From contig NC_043022.1 in NCBI RefSeq assembly GCF_006345805.1, positions 25,048,001 through 25,112,000 of the forward strand: DNA of 64,000 nucleotides. Direction: 5' to 3'. Below are positions 26,415-39,640 of the stretch, in pieces. Each line of letters starts with the position of its first letter. The stretch's first letter is position 1. Source of the DNA: Octopus sinensis (lineage: Eukaryota). The translations under genes and the position numbers were made by a program. Under the pieces are notes generated by a model. That model searched no databases. It saw only the letters and a program-made list of their open reading frames with translations, and was not told the origin of the DNA.

Positions 26415-27034
26415 GGTGTAGGAGTGGCTGTGTGGTAAGTAGCTAGTTTATGAACCACATGGTTCCAGGTTCAGTCCCACTGCATGGCACCTTGGGCAAG
26501 TGTCTTCTACTATAGTCTCGGGTCGACCAAAGCCTTGTGAGTGGATTTGGTAGACAGAAACTGAAAGCAGTCCGTCGTATATATGTATATATATATATAT
26601 ATATGAGTGGCTGTGTGGTATATATATATATATATATGAGTGGCTGTGTGGTAAGTAGCTTGTTTACCAAACACATGGTTCTGGGTTCAGTCCCACTGCG
26701 TGGCACCTTGGGCGAGTGTCTTCTACTAGAGCCTCGGGTTGACCAAAGCCTTGTGAGTGGATTTGGTTGACAGAAACTGAAAGAAGCCTGTCGTATATAT
26801 GTATATGTATGTGTGTGTGTATATGTTTGTGTGTCTGTGTTTGTCCCCCCCAACATCGCTTGACAACCAATGCTGGTGTGTTTACGTAACCGTAACTTAG
26901 CGGTTCGGCAAAAACGACCAATAGAATAAGTACTAGGTTTACAAAGAATAAGTCCTGGGGTAGATTTGCTCGACTAAAGGCGGTGCTCCAGCATGGCCAC
27001 AGTCAAATGACTGAAACAAGTAAAAGAGTAAAAG
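26415..27034 (+). mobile_element. Family A SINE, a partial copy followed by a full copy, ending about 50 bp from the juxtamembrane exon donor
   Basis: Heads at about 26420, 26605 (stub) and 26638. Confidence 0.85.
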
Positions 27035-27087
27035 TGCAATGGATCAAAACACAAATGGAAAATTAAAAGTTTGTATTTTGTCCTTAC

Positions 27088-27231
27088 CTCCTCCAAGAAC
27101 TGACTCAATAGTAATATGTGAGGAGTCAATTTCTCTGGTGAACTCCCTGACAGCTTGGTTAGGGTCTTCATAAGTATGTGGGTCTATGTACGACTTGATA
27201 GAGCCTGGGGGTTGAAATAGAGGCACGGTCA
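27088..27231 (-). CDS. Eph: Eph exon, juxtamembrane to kinase start: (x)[47 protein letters not shown]
   Basis: 144 nt, phase 1 to 1. Acceptor ttttcag at 27232-27234, donor G|gtaagg. Contains both Eph juxtamembrane tyrosines. Confidence 0.97.
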
Positions 27232-27269
27232 CTGAAAAAGTAAGTAATGAAAAAAATGGAAGAACAAAT

Positions 27270-27276
27270 GTTAGTA
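27270..27276 (-). promoter_or_regulatory. Consensus branch point TACTAAC for the juxtamembrane exon acceptor
   Basis: Plus-strand GTTAGTA reads TACTAAC on the minus strand, about 36 nt upstream of the AG at 27232-27233, followed by a pyrimidine tract. Confidence 0.7.
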
Positions 27277-27800
27277 ACAAACAAAACTGGGAGCCAGATG
27301 TAGAAAACAAAGCAGTTAGGATATCTAATTATTAATTATTTTAACGACCAAAGGTAAGCATTGTGAGTTTGTGCAATGTGTGTACGATTCTTTACGCATC
27401 GTTCGTTTTGTGCATGTATCTGTAAGTGATTATCCTCTCCACTGCAATGAAAAAGTGTAAGCACCGAAACCAGAATGGCAAAAGAGGGAAGCTTTAGATC
27501 TGAATAAATAAATATACATACTTTCATGAGTGAGTGGATAAATAAAAGACAGTTGTACTCAACACATGTTATAAGTTACAGATATTATTTAGTAAGAGTT
27601 TGATTCAGCTCCGGTCTCAACTTGAAGTGCTGTGAAATCGTAAAACGAATCTAGTTCTTCAGAGCAAGATGTGCTATAGAAGCCCATGAAACTTTAAGCC
27701 AAACCAAACTGTTTGTAAATAATATCGCCATGTTGATTCGCTAGCTTCTGCACGCATTTTTTTTCTCTCCTTGTTTCTCTCCTTGTTTCTTTTCTGTGTA

Positions 27801-27838
27801 TCTTTCTGTTGAAGAGCGTAGGTTCGAAACGTAAAAGA
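27801..27838 (+). ncRNA. Hammerhead-like motif with variant core CUGUUGA (element about 27724-27945)
   Basis: TCTTT-CTGTTGA-A-GAGC-gtag-GTTC-GAAA-CG-TA-AAAGA. Stem III is the palindrome ACGT; A6 is replaced by U. Confidence 0.5.
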
Positions 27839-28119
27839 CTTGTTCTATTTCTATTCCTGAGCACCATACTAATACAATTGTTTGTTTGTACTCCACCTGC
27901 CTTCGTCTTTTGTTTATTTTCATAAAGCTTCCCGTTATATATATATATACATGTGGTGTAATCAGTGGAATTAGGTGTGGCATGGGTATCCCTTACCCCA
28001 TGTTAAAACATCAAAATGCTTGATATGTCATCACAGAGTCTTTAATGGATGCTTTTGTTTACATCTCCAATTACTATGAAGTCCAGGGAAGGCCAGTATG
28101 TCCACATCCTAGGATACTA

Positions 28120-28160
<41 letters not shown>

Positions 28161-29137
28161 AACGTGGCCGATGCCAGGGCCACCTTGACTGGCTTCTGTG
28201 CCGGTGGCACGTAAAAAGCACCCACTACACTCATGGAGTGGTTGGCGTTAGGAAGGGCATCCAGAAGTAGAAACGCTGCCAGATCAGACTGGAGCCTGGT
28301 GCAGCCTTCTGGCTTTCCAGACCCCTGTCGAACCGTCCAACCCATATATACATTATGATGTATATATCTCAAAATGTATGGGTGTAGTTAGGGTAAATCC
28401 CAGCTGTTTCCTCTTGAAGGACATCTGCTTATTCCATTATTCCAATCCACTATGTAGTCTCAGTTACTGCTGTGTGTTAGTTCAAAATACTTATTAAAAT
28501 TGAGAATTATGTAAATATCATTTACAGAGTTATATATGTATGTAGAATATATGTGGTATTGCATATTAAAGCTGATTGTATTTCCAATATTTTGAGACGA
28601 ACCAATGGTACATAAAAAAAATCTGTTTTGAATATGTCGTGTTTTTCAAACAAACAAGAACTACAACAAAAATTAACAAACAAACAAATGAAACAAACTG
28701 TATATATATATACAATATACACATTCGTGCAAATATAAACACTTACTACTTTTATGATTCAGGAGTTACAATAGGAATGAGAAACGAAATATATATATAT
28801 ACATATACATTATATATGTATATTTATTTCCATGCATACCCACAATGGTAATAACAAAAAGTACTCAATTCATAATGTAGACTAAAACTGCAATTTGTCC
28901 AGGTGAGGTACTTGGTGCAAGGCTTTTGTATATTTTTATGTGTGTATATATACATATATACATATACATACATACATATACACATACATACATATACATA
29001 CGTATATACATATATATATATATATACATATATACATATATATATATACATATACATACATATATATATATACATATATATACATATACATATACATACA
29101 TATATACATATACATACATACACACACACATATATAG

Positions 29138-29172
<35 letters not shown>

Positions 29173-29271
29173 CACATATATACATACACACCCACATACA
29201 TATATATATAAATTAATTGAAAAAAGGACAGTGTATTTCAAAATGAATTTGATAATAAAGAGTTTAAAAAA

Positions 29272-29468
29272 CATCCTTGTAACACTGTGAATGAATTGAA
29301 ATGCAAAGTACCAATGATGTGTTTTAGTAACACTGTGAATGAATTGAAATGCAAAGTACCAATGATGTGTTTTAATATCTACAGGAAATTTTGCTGAAGC
29401 GTAAACTTGCAGATTAGACGCTTGTAGCTTGTATTGCAACCAATGGTGGCCATATTGAAAATAAGTAG
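29272..29468 (+). pseudogene. Decayed Tc1/mariner transposase C-terminus with a 48-bp tandem duplication
   Basis: Fragments HPCNTVNELK and (RL)ACIATNGGHIENK* match the C-terminal motif pattern of Tc1/mariner transposases. Frameshifted. The 48-bp unit is at 29279-29326 and 29327-29374. Confidence 0.6.
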
Positions 29469-30678
29469 TAATCCAATAAGTAAACATTTATCTGAGAAGA
29501 TATTATGTTATAAAGCAATTAAATACATACTATAAGCGTATGTGTGTGTGTGTGTGTGTGTGGTGTGTGTGTGTAGACTAAGGTGTGGAAACAAATTTGG
29601 GTATTTGAAGATTTTGAAGAAAAGGAAAGAAAACAGCCTTAAAAAATATTATATGAAAATTATCAGTAGTAACATTCAAGACAGTTAAAAAAATAAAAAG
29701 AAAAAATATATATGTGTGTGTGTGTGTGTGAGTGTTTATATATATATATATATATATACATACATACATATATGAAGAGATTTAAAATAGTATAAACTAT
29801 TATATATATATATATGTGTGTATGTATATATATATATATATATATTCATGTAAATATATGTGTATATATATGTGTGTGTGTATATATATATATATGTGTG
29901 TGTGTGTGTATGTATGTGTATATGTGTGTGTGTATGTATATGTATATGTGTGTGCGTATGTATGTATATATATATATTTATGTAAATATGTGTGTATATA
30001 TATGTGTGTGTGTGTATGTATATATATGTATATGTGTGTGTGTGTGTATGTATATATATGTATATGTGTGTGTGTGTGTATGTATATATATGTATATGTG
30101 TGTGTGTATGTATATATATGTATATGTGTGTGTGTATGTATATATATATGTATATGTGTGTGTGTATGTATATATATATGTATATGTGTGTGTGTATGTA
30201 TATATATATGTATATGTGTGTGCGTTTGTATGTATGTATATATATATATGTATGTATCTATATATATCCTTGAATAGAAGTGTATATGTGTATATATATA
30301 TATATATAGTGTGGGATATATATTTGGATTTAGTACAACAAATAAATGGTGATGTAATTATTATTACTATTATCATTATCATTATTTTGTTCCAGCATTA
30401 GTAGTCATAGTCGCAAAAACAGCAGTAGTAGTAGTAGTAGTGACAAACACTGATAACTACTGACGCTGTTGGTGTGATTAATTACCGAATTAGATAAATA
30501 ACTTATACAATTTGATTATAGTTCTTTGAAAGGGAGGAAGAGTAAGTGTTATGAGAGAGTGACTTTGAGACATTCTCAAAGGAATTGGTGAAGTAAAATG
30601 AAATTAAATGATTCCAAAAGAAATAGGATTTATTAGTACACCTCACCTTCAAATGTTATTGAGTCTTTACACTCAATT

Positions 30679-30709
<31 letters not shown>

Positions 30710-31153
30710 ATATACACACACACATATATAGACACGGTATGAATTAATGGTCATTATATATGTTTCCTTTATTGGAGTTAATATGGCTTACAGCTGCTTC
30801 CAGTAATCACTATAGCTTCGTTACTGATAGGTTTCTCAATTGAACCTTGGACCCTGTCATAAGAATACTTGGGGTTCTTTACTAATTTCAACAATACTGT
30901 TAGCCTGGTGTTCCAACAGAGAGCTTATTTTCCTACATTGATAATCCCTTACCAATAACTCTCTTATATATTTATATACATACAAATATGTATATTTTTC
31001 ACAATCACAAAGTGTATATACACACACACACATATATATATATAATTATTTGAGGGAATATAAATCCTAACTTACAGGGAAAAATTCAATTTAAAAATAC
31101 TAAATCAAATTTCCCACAATATAATATATACATATATATATATATATATATTA

Positions 31154-31440
31154 AATTAGAAAAACCACCTTTTATCAATTCAAAATGAACAATTAAATTA
31201 CACCATCTAGAAAATTACATATAATAGAAATATTAAAATTGAAAAACAATAAAATACCAATGATTAAGTAAATTGCAAAAAAATAATAAAAACGTATATA
31301 ATTGGTATATATTTTTTTGCAAAATACTTAATCGTTGGTATTTTATTATTAATTTAATATTAATATTTCTATTATATGTAATTTTCTAGATGGTGTAATT
31401 TAATTGTTCATTTTTAATTGATAAAAGGTAGTTCTTTCTA

Positions 31441-31443
<3 letters not shown>
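31154..31443. repeat. AT-rich foldback palindrome of about 290 bp between (TA)n tracts
   Basis: AATTAGAAAAACCACCTTTTATCAATT...CCATCTAGAAAATTACAT mirrors ATGTAATTTTCTAGATGG...AATTGATAAAAGGTAGTTCTTTCTAATT; pairing continues to a short central loop. Confidence 0.85.
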
Positions 31444-31479
<36 letters not shown>

Positions 31480-32963
31480 TGACACACACGTATTAGGCAA
31501 GTCCTTTATGGCCCATGCCAGATCAGTGTAAGCACTCATTGTTGCACCTCAAAAAAGCACTTGTGCCACTGCCATGGGAAAAGTGATTGTGCCACTGCTT
31601 TGTGGAAAGCACTCCCGCTGGTGCCACTTCTCAGTATAAATGATACTTTCATATCTTATACAGATTTTCTTTAACTTTTAAAGAGAAAAGAACATGTAGC
31701 TTCAGCTATTTGCAATGGCTAATGGATGGATAAGCTGCTGCTAATGATAATGATAATAACAATGATAATAATAATAATGATGATAATGATGATGATTATA
31801 ATAATAATAATAATAATGATGATGATTATAATAATAATAATGATAATAATAAAAATGATAATAATAATAGATTTATTATTTATCTCAAGGACAAAGAATA
31901 ATGGGACATTACCAAAATGTTTAACAAATGATATATTTAAACAATAACACCAACACAATAAATATGATTCATAGGAAAACAACAACAACAACAATATATT
32001 AGTGAAATTACTAATAACAACAACAATAATAATAATAATAATAAAATAGAAATGAAAACTAAATCATCCAGGATTTATAGTACTTGTATAATTAAAGGTG
32101 TAGACATTATTAATGATGATGGTGTTGATAGTGATGGTAATGATGGTGATGACAACCAGTTTTTGTCATTATTCTGATAGTACTTCTGCCCTGATCCAGG
32201 AGACACACAATCAAAAATGTTCCATCCATGACCATCCAGTCTTTCCTTATGAGTATTTCGTTTGTTTTTTTTTCTATTTTTGTTTAAAGACGATGTGTCC
32301 TGAGGTTAATTTGATTAGCTATTATTTCTAGCAAAGTTGAATGGTGGAGGATGGCAGTCGTTATGATGTTGCCGGTGAAAACGATGGAGGTGAATATGAT
32401 GATGATGACGATGATGATGATGATTGCTATTGATTCTGAAGGTCATGATGGTGAATTATTATGATAATAGAAAGAAATATATCAACAAAAGTTTTTAAAA
32501 CAAAGGACAGTAGTAAAAGAATTCAGTCTCCAACCACCTAGAAAAAAAAAACTAAAATGAATTTAAAAGAAAAAAAACCCCACATATGAGGAAAAGGGAA
32601 CGTAGGGGGGTGAGCAGGAGGAGATAATACTGAGATCTGTAAAAGAGGAATTGTAAAATATCGCATTTAATATAAAAAGAATAATATTAATACTTAAATC
32701 AATAGTGATGTGGTTTGGCTCTTTATAGAAGGAAGGGGATATTCTCTTCATAAAAGAGGCAGGTACCATGATTGCATTTTTGATGTGTAATATGTACATA
32801 GCAGGCACTTCGTGAACCGCAAAACCCTGCATCTTGGACTGTTTGAAAAGAAAACATTGTCAAAATCTCTATGGAGAAACCTATGAGATGCTTCATTCCG
32901 GAGATTGTGGTTTTGGGTTTGGCCTCACAGAGAAGCAACTATATATGTGTGCATGTATGTATG

Positions 32964-33024
<61 letters not shown>

Positions 33025-33329
33025 GATAATGTTTAAGTTTATCTCTTGAGACCTTCAATAAAATTCAAAAACATCACTGAAAGTTATATTTTCTACAGAA
33101 TTCTTCAGTCACATTGTTTACATAGATGTATTCATACACAAGGCATAACTTTCAGTGGTGGCTTTGAATTCTATAGAAAATCTATAGAATTAAGCTTAAA
33201 AACAAGATAATACTGCTAATACTACAGTAAGGCATGATATTGGCTTGTAAGCATTTAATATATTTGGTATATTGCAAAATGAAATGCTATATCCTTGCCA
33301 GTCATTAGTGTGTATGTGTATATATATAT

Positions 33330-33365
<36 letters not shown>

Positions 33366-33378
33366 ATCATATCCATAT

Positions 33379-33410
<32 letters not shown>

Positions 33411-35741
33411 TATATAATAGTAGTAGTAGCAGTAGTAATAAAATATTGAAAACATATGTCATTTCATGTTTTTATAAAACATACACATGTTTTGGCAAAT
33501 TACTGCCAAGATTACATAATTGCTTGTTGAAACATTATATTATCTTGTTAATTCACCTTTTCAGTGCTTTTGCTAAACACTATATGTTTGCTGTGTTCCA
33601 CTGATACTATTACATGGCTCGTATTCTGCACACTGCCCTATCCCATGGTTTGATGTCTCATGCTGTACAGCACTGGGTATAGGGGTGGATGGAGTGTAGG
33701 ACTTATTACTGAGCCCAAACTTCCATTACGTGTCATGCTTTGCAGCTTACACACACACACACACATACACACACATATATATATATAAATACACAAATAC
33801 ACATACAGGAGTGCACATAAATTTGTGTAACATATATGTTTGTGTGTGTGTCTGTGCATGAGTGAGTATTACTATTTAAACATACACACATAAGCGTTCA
33901 AGTGTGGAAATAATGAAAAAAAAAAACAAATTAAGAAATTAATAAATAAATATAACGAAGCAGCAGACCGACAATTTTCACAGAACATGAAGCATTGGAA
34001 AGGAACATAACAAAAGCTGAATCTAGATTTTCACTCTCCTCTAATTAATTTAACGAACATTTACTCATTATTTTCTCTGTGTATGTGTGTGTGTATTTAT
34101 TTGCCCACATACATATTGTGGGCAAATAGAGTGCAGGAGTGGCTGTGTGGTAAGTAGCTTGCTAACCAACCACATGGCTCCGGGTTCAGTCCCACTGCAT
34201 GGCATCTTGGGCAAGTGTCTTCTGCTATAGCCCCAGGCCGACCAATGCCTTGTGAGTGGATTTGGTAGACGGAAACTGAAAGAAGCCTGTCGTATATATA
34301 TATATATATATATATATAATGTGTGTGTGTATGTTTGTGTGTCTGTGTTTGTCCCCCTAGTAAATGGTACCTGTGCCAGTGGCATGCAAAAAGCACCCGT
34401 TACACTCTTAGAGTAGTTGGCATTAGGAAGGGCATCTAGCCATAGAAACCCTGCCAAATCAGACTGGAACCATGCTTCCCTGTTCCAGTCACTCCATTTA
34501 ACCCATGCCAACATGGAAAACAGACATTAAATGATGATGATGATGATGATTTCTGTTAGCACTGACAGACTAAAACCTTGGGTTTCATTCAAGTAGATTA
34601 AATCAACTGCATTATTCAGATTTGCAAGGGCAAGTATCTATCACACAGAATACTATACAGCCGACAAAATACTAAATCGTATCCAAGGATGGATTGTAAA
34701 ATCTTATTCTATAGATACAGCCATACCTGAACAAACACAGGTGCGAATTCAGAGCAACAGCAGCAGAGAGCAGTGCTAACTGTATATGATAAATAACCTT
34801 TTCTATCATAGACATGATGCATCTACAGTGTGCTAAAGGTTAATACTGAGTGCTTTATAAATATCTACCTGGATTTTTTAATCCCTTTTATTCAATATGC
34901 ACACACACAGACACACACACATATCTTGCAGTCATACTGCTTTTTTTGTTGTATATTTTATTTTGTTGTGTTTGTTTTTGTCATTGTCCTGTACATTCAT
35001 CAGCTGTTCCTAGCAGCTTCTCATCACTGTCACCACTAAGAGTGAACAATATCAATGTTAAAGGTTCGAAATTGTAATGATCTTTTAGGCGTTGACTGAT
35101 GATGAATTAGCTACGACTTATCTGTTTGTTACGTTTTTTGTAAAATTTTCTGTTTGTTGTGTTTTTGTTAAAATTTTGAAATATCTATCTATATAGCTAT
35201 ATGTTTGTCCTATCTCAGTGTGGAACAGGTAGATGTCTGCCTCAGCGTAAGGTCAGGGCTGAAAGATGTCTGCCTCAGCGTAAGCTGAAGGCTGAAAGAT
35301 AACCTATCACTTTGGTCAAGTATTGAACTCAGAAATATCAGTCAGGAAAAATCTAGTCCTAAAGAACTTATCCACTCACCCAACTTACTACTAAACAACC
35401 TTTCTTGCTTTGCATATTAACATTAAACCTCCATTCACATCAAAAGGCAGGGTGAAAGGATATTAGGGTATTGGGCACCAGCAAAAAAAAAAAAAAAAAA
35501 GACAAAAATGTTCTAGTGGGGTGGGATTATGATAAAGCAAAATTAAAGGCACAATTCAAAAAAGCAAAACATATCATGGCATTAAAGGGTACACACTGCT
35601 TCTTGCAGACATTTTACATCTTTTAATAGCAATTTCATCACCAGCATTACCATCAATTATTGTGTGTAAAGGCATGTGTGTGTCTGTCTGTGTGTGTGTG
35701 TGTGTTGGAAATACTAATCATGAGCTAGAGACATTTCTCAT

Positions 35742-36308
35742 TTAAAGGCTTCAAGCCAGGACTAGGTGTCAAGAATAATAAGATATATTAAATTAAAATG
35801 ATTCATTACAGTTGGCCTCCTGTTTCAGTCTGTAAAGTAATTTTCAAGAGACTGAAGCACTCCTACAGTGAGAAACATTTGGCCAACTGTAATGAGTCAC
35901 TTAAATTATATTTAACCCTTTAGTGTTCAGATTATTCTATCAAACATAATGCTTATTGATTCCCATTAATTTGAATTAATCATGCATTATCTCATATCTT
36001 CAAGATCTTGATGGTGTAATTACCTAATGTAGAATAACATTGTAGGGTAGGTGTGAGAGCCTGGATCTGGTCAGTTTGAACATAAAACAGATTAGCTATT
36101 TTGGCCGGATATGGCCGGTTTAAATACTAAAGGGTTAAAGGCTTCAAGCCAGGACTAGATGTCAAGAATAATAAGATATATTAAATTAAAATGATTCATT
36201 ACAGTTGGCCTCCTGTTTCAGTCTGTAAAGTAATTTTCAAGTGACTGAAGCACTCCTACAGTGAGAAACATTTGGCCAACTGTAATGAGTCACTTAAATT
36301 ATATTTAA
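35742..36308. repeat. 174-bp direct repeat (35742-35915 and 36135-36308) flanking the piggyBac-like MITE
   Basis: I counted two mismatches; both copies begin and end with TTAA. Confidence 0.9.
35916..36134. mobile_element. piggyBac-like MITE, 219 bp
   Basis: TTAA|CCCTTTAGT...ACTAAAGGG|TTAA. Confidence 0.85.
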
Positions 36309-37210
36309 TATATGTAATATATAATTGAACAGTATTACCATTAATTCTTTTGTGTACTTACATGTATGTTCTATATATGGAATATATCTTATACAAAGAT
36401 GTCTGTGATGTATGTGTATGGAGATGGAGATGGAGCATGTGAAGGTGTTCATTTGCATGTTTATATATAAGGGTATATATTTATGCCCTCCCATTCCTGC
36501 ACGTGCATGTGGGCCTGAGTGTATGTGTATTTTTATGAATGTGTGTGTTGTGTGTGTGTGTATTTTTATGAATGCGTGTGTGTGTGTGTGTATGTGTATT
36601 TTTATGAATGCATGTGTGCGTGTGTGTGTGTATTTTTATGAATGCGTGTGTGTGTGTATGTGTGTATTTTTATGAATATGTGTGTGTGTGTGTGTGTGTG
36701 TGTATTTTTATGAATGTGTGTGTGTGTGTGTGTATGTGTGTGTGTGTGTGTGTATGTGTGTGTGTGTGTGTGTATGTGTATTTTTATGAATGTGTGTGTG
36801 TGTGTGGGTATGCAATAAATCAAAAGAGCAGTACCAAAAAATGGTTGATGACATACACATTAAAAACAAATGAATACAAATAGGCGAGGCAGCAATATAA
36901 AGCAAATCATAAATTGAACAACCAAAGAAATTAAAAAAAAAAAAAAAGACACACAGACAAACAGAGCAGACAACATCGAAGTGGAAGGGAAAATGAGTTT
37001 ATAGAAGTTTTGGTTATATTAATAGTGATGATTGATAGAGAGAGAGAGAGTGATAGTTGGAGTAGCAATTGTAGTAGCAGGAGTAGATTCAGGAGTCATA
37101 AAGTGAAATCAGATTGACAGAACCTTTGTGATATCCCAACTGGACTGATTGCACTTGTAAGTCAAATGTCCAGTTTAATCACATGCAGATCAAATGTGAA
37201 GATCATATGT

Positions 37211-38490
37211 TCCTTTAGCATTTAAGCCAGTCATAACCAGCGGCCCAAATATTCTACCTTGTTCCATGTTAAAATTGGGATCTTTTCGGTTTGAACGGCA
37301 GTTTTTAACATAATTTCTAGGTAACTAAAAAATTTTAAACTTCGTATACTGGTAGAATGTGTTTATAAAATATCTTTTTCTCTTGGGTTCATTGAGAAAA
37401 TTCTATAGTTTGTAAGATATTTGTTGCTTTTTTCTTCAATTTCTGCAATTTCAATCAATCAATGATGTGTATTGAGGTAAATAACATTCTGTGCCATATG
37501 AATATGTCCCTCGTTTAAGAAACAGATTGGGTTTATTTACATTTGTGGAGAAAATAGATGCCCTCTCCCCACCCCTAACCCTAACTAACCCCAACCCTAA
37601 AACATATTGAAATGCAATAGATTGATACTAGGGTCATAATTATGGGTGACAATTTCATATGACACCGCTAGAAAAAACTGCCATTCAAACCGAAAAGATC
37701 CTAAAATTGGCTAGATCCAGCCTCTCACATCAACCCTACAAAGTCATTTTAAAAGTAAGCAATCACATCATTGACAACTCAAAGCTATGAAATAATGCAT
37801 GGTTAATTCAAATCAATGTGAATAAATAGCCAATACATTTGACAGAGTAATCTGAATGTTAAGGGTTAAACTGTTCGTATCCAACCCAAATATTTAACCT
37901 ATTTTATCTTCAAACCAGCAGGATCTGGCTTCTCACACCTATCCTACAATGCTGTTTTAAAAATAAGTGATCACATCATTGAAATCTCAAAACTACAAGA
38001 TAATGCTTGATTAATTCAAAACATTGTGAATACATAAGCATTACATTTGACAGAGTAATCATCATCATCATCGTTTAGCGTCCGCTTTCCATGCTGGCAT
38101 GGGTTGGACGGTGCAACTGGGGTCTGGGAAGCCAGAAGGCTGCACCAGGCCCAGTCTGATCTGGCAATGTTTCTACGGCTGGATGCCCTTCCTAACGCCA
38201 AGGATGCCCTTCCTAACACCAATCTGAATGCTAAAGGGCTAAGACCATTATTTCCTTTCAGTTTTTTCTTTAATCCTTTAGTATTCAAATTGGCCATATC
38301 CAGTCTCTCGCACCTTCCCTAAATTGCCATTCGTAAAATAAACAAACCACATCATCAAAATCTCAAAGCTACCAGATAATGCAGGATTAATTTAAAACAA
38401 TGTAAATAAATAAGCATTAATGTTTGACAGAATAATCTCAATGCTAAGGGATTAAACTGGCCATATCTGGCCCCTCACACCTATCCTAAA
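37211..38490. mobile_element. Cluster of 3-4 head-to-tail piggyBac-like MITE copies (about 37211-37865, 37870-38238, 38274-38451, fragment to 38490), two of them interrupted by younger elements
   Basis: Same internal sequence as 35916-36134 in reverse orientation; ends CCTTTAG / AAGGG with TTAA. Confidence 0.75.
37278..37701. mobile_element. Non-autonomous DNA transposon, 424 bp, Merlin-like (GG-starting TIRs, 8-bp TSD)
   Basis: TIRs GGATCTTTTCGGTTTGAACGGCAGTTTT / AAAACTGCCATTCAAACCGAAAAGATCC; TSD TAAAATTG at 37270-37277 and 37702-37709. The superfamily call is inferred from the TIR and TSD only. Confidence 0.75.
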
Positions 38491-39149
38491 ATATGAAACT
38501 ACTTTATCTAATATGCTCTTTCTCTATCTGAATCAATAACATGAGGTTTGAAAGAAGTTTGGCTGCTGTCTCTAGCTGAGCGTGCAACGAGCAAAGGGGA
38601 GAGTTAAGAAAGAAAAACAGAATAAGCAAAGCACTATAGAAAGAGTGAGAGAGAGAGAGAGAGAGAGACCAACAAAGCAATGGCTGAGAATACAGAGAGA
38701 GAGAGAGAGAGCAAGGGAGAGAGATGTAGAAAAATAGTCAATCAAACTAGCAGTGTTGATGTTGTTCATGCCATAAGTGAATCTAAAGATCTAGGATCAA
38801 ATGAGCTCTACAGCTGTCATCACCAATTTTCCATTTTTTGTTTTTCATGTAATAGCTAATCTAAAACTTGTTGTGGTCTCTGTATGACCATTTATCGATT
38901 TTCTCTTTCTTTCCGTTTATGATGAAGATTTGGTTACTATTTCTAGCATGCCAAGTGGTCCCATGAGCTCTTTCTTGTTGACTTTAGAATATAATGCAGT
39001 AGAAAAGTACGAGAGCGAGAAAGGGAATGATGACGAAACATCTAAGGGACAAAGAATGAAATATAAGACTAAAGAATGAGTAGAGTAATGAAGGAGAGTA
39101 ATGAATGAAGGAGCAAAAAACTATGAGTGGAAGGAATGAGGAAAATATG

Positions 39150-39640
39150 AAAGTGGAGATGATGCTTGTGATGATGATGATGATGATGATGATGGTGGTA
39201 ATGGTGATAGTTGTGATGATGATGATGGTTGTGATGAAGATGATGACGGTGGTAATGATGATAGTTGTGATGATGATAATGATGGTGGTGATGAAGATGG
39301 TGATGGTGGTAATGATGATAGTTGTGATGATGATGATGATGATGGTTGTGATGAAGATGATGGTGGTAATGATGATAGTTGTGATGATGATGATGGTGGT
39401 GATGAAGATGGTGATGGTGGTAATGATGATAGTTGTGATGATGATGATGATGGTGGTGATGAAGATGGTGATGGTGGTAATGATGATAGTTGTGATGATG
39501 ATGGTGGTGATGATGATAGTTGTGATGATGATGATGGTGGTGATGTCTGATTCTGTTGACAGTGATGGTGATGATCATGCTGATGCTGCTCTTGCTGATA
39601 CAACTGATGAGGACGATGATGATAATGATGATGTCTTATC
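39150..39640. repeat. (GAT/GGT)n trinucleotide array with higher-order subunits; similar arrays at about 9890-10145, 31740-31870, 40980-41100 and 56370-56730
   Basis: Simple-sequence composition; produces poly-M, poly-H and poly-S pseudo-ORFs. Confidence 0.9.

Larger units (their letters stand above)
2815..27231 (-). other. Eph: Eph receptor tyrosine kinase gene, 3' part (8 coding exons; transmembrane and ectodomain exons lie beyond the window end)
   Basis: The spliced exons give one open frame (1214 nt) with the juxtamembrane motif [12 protein letters not shown]-loop GGGEFGDV, VAIK, HRDLAARN, DFG, activation loop [17 protein letters not shown], a SAM domain and C-terminal EGFLV. All 7 introns are GT-AG with compatible phases (1,1,0,0,0,0,2). 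Confidence 0.98.

Noticed and set aside
30781-30900. Further GAAA-CAGCTG-TH remnants (also near 1297, 28400, 50868 and 53495)
   Set aside because: The stem III palindrome is present but the CUGANGA core or the stems are missing, so I did not count them as ribozymes.
34727-34779. 53-nt minus-strand segment bounded by cag and gtatgg
   Set aside because: The frame that ends in phase 1 begins with TAG, and the acceptor has a poor pyrimidine tract.
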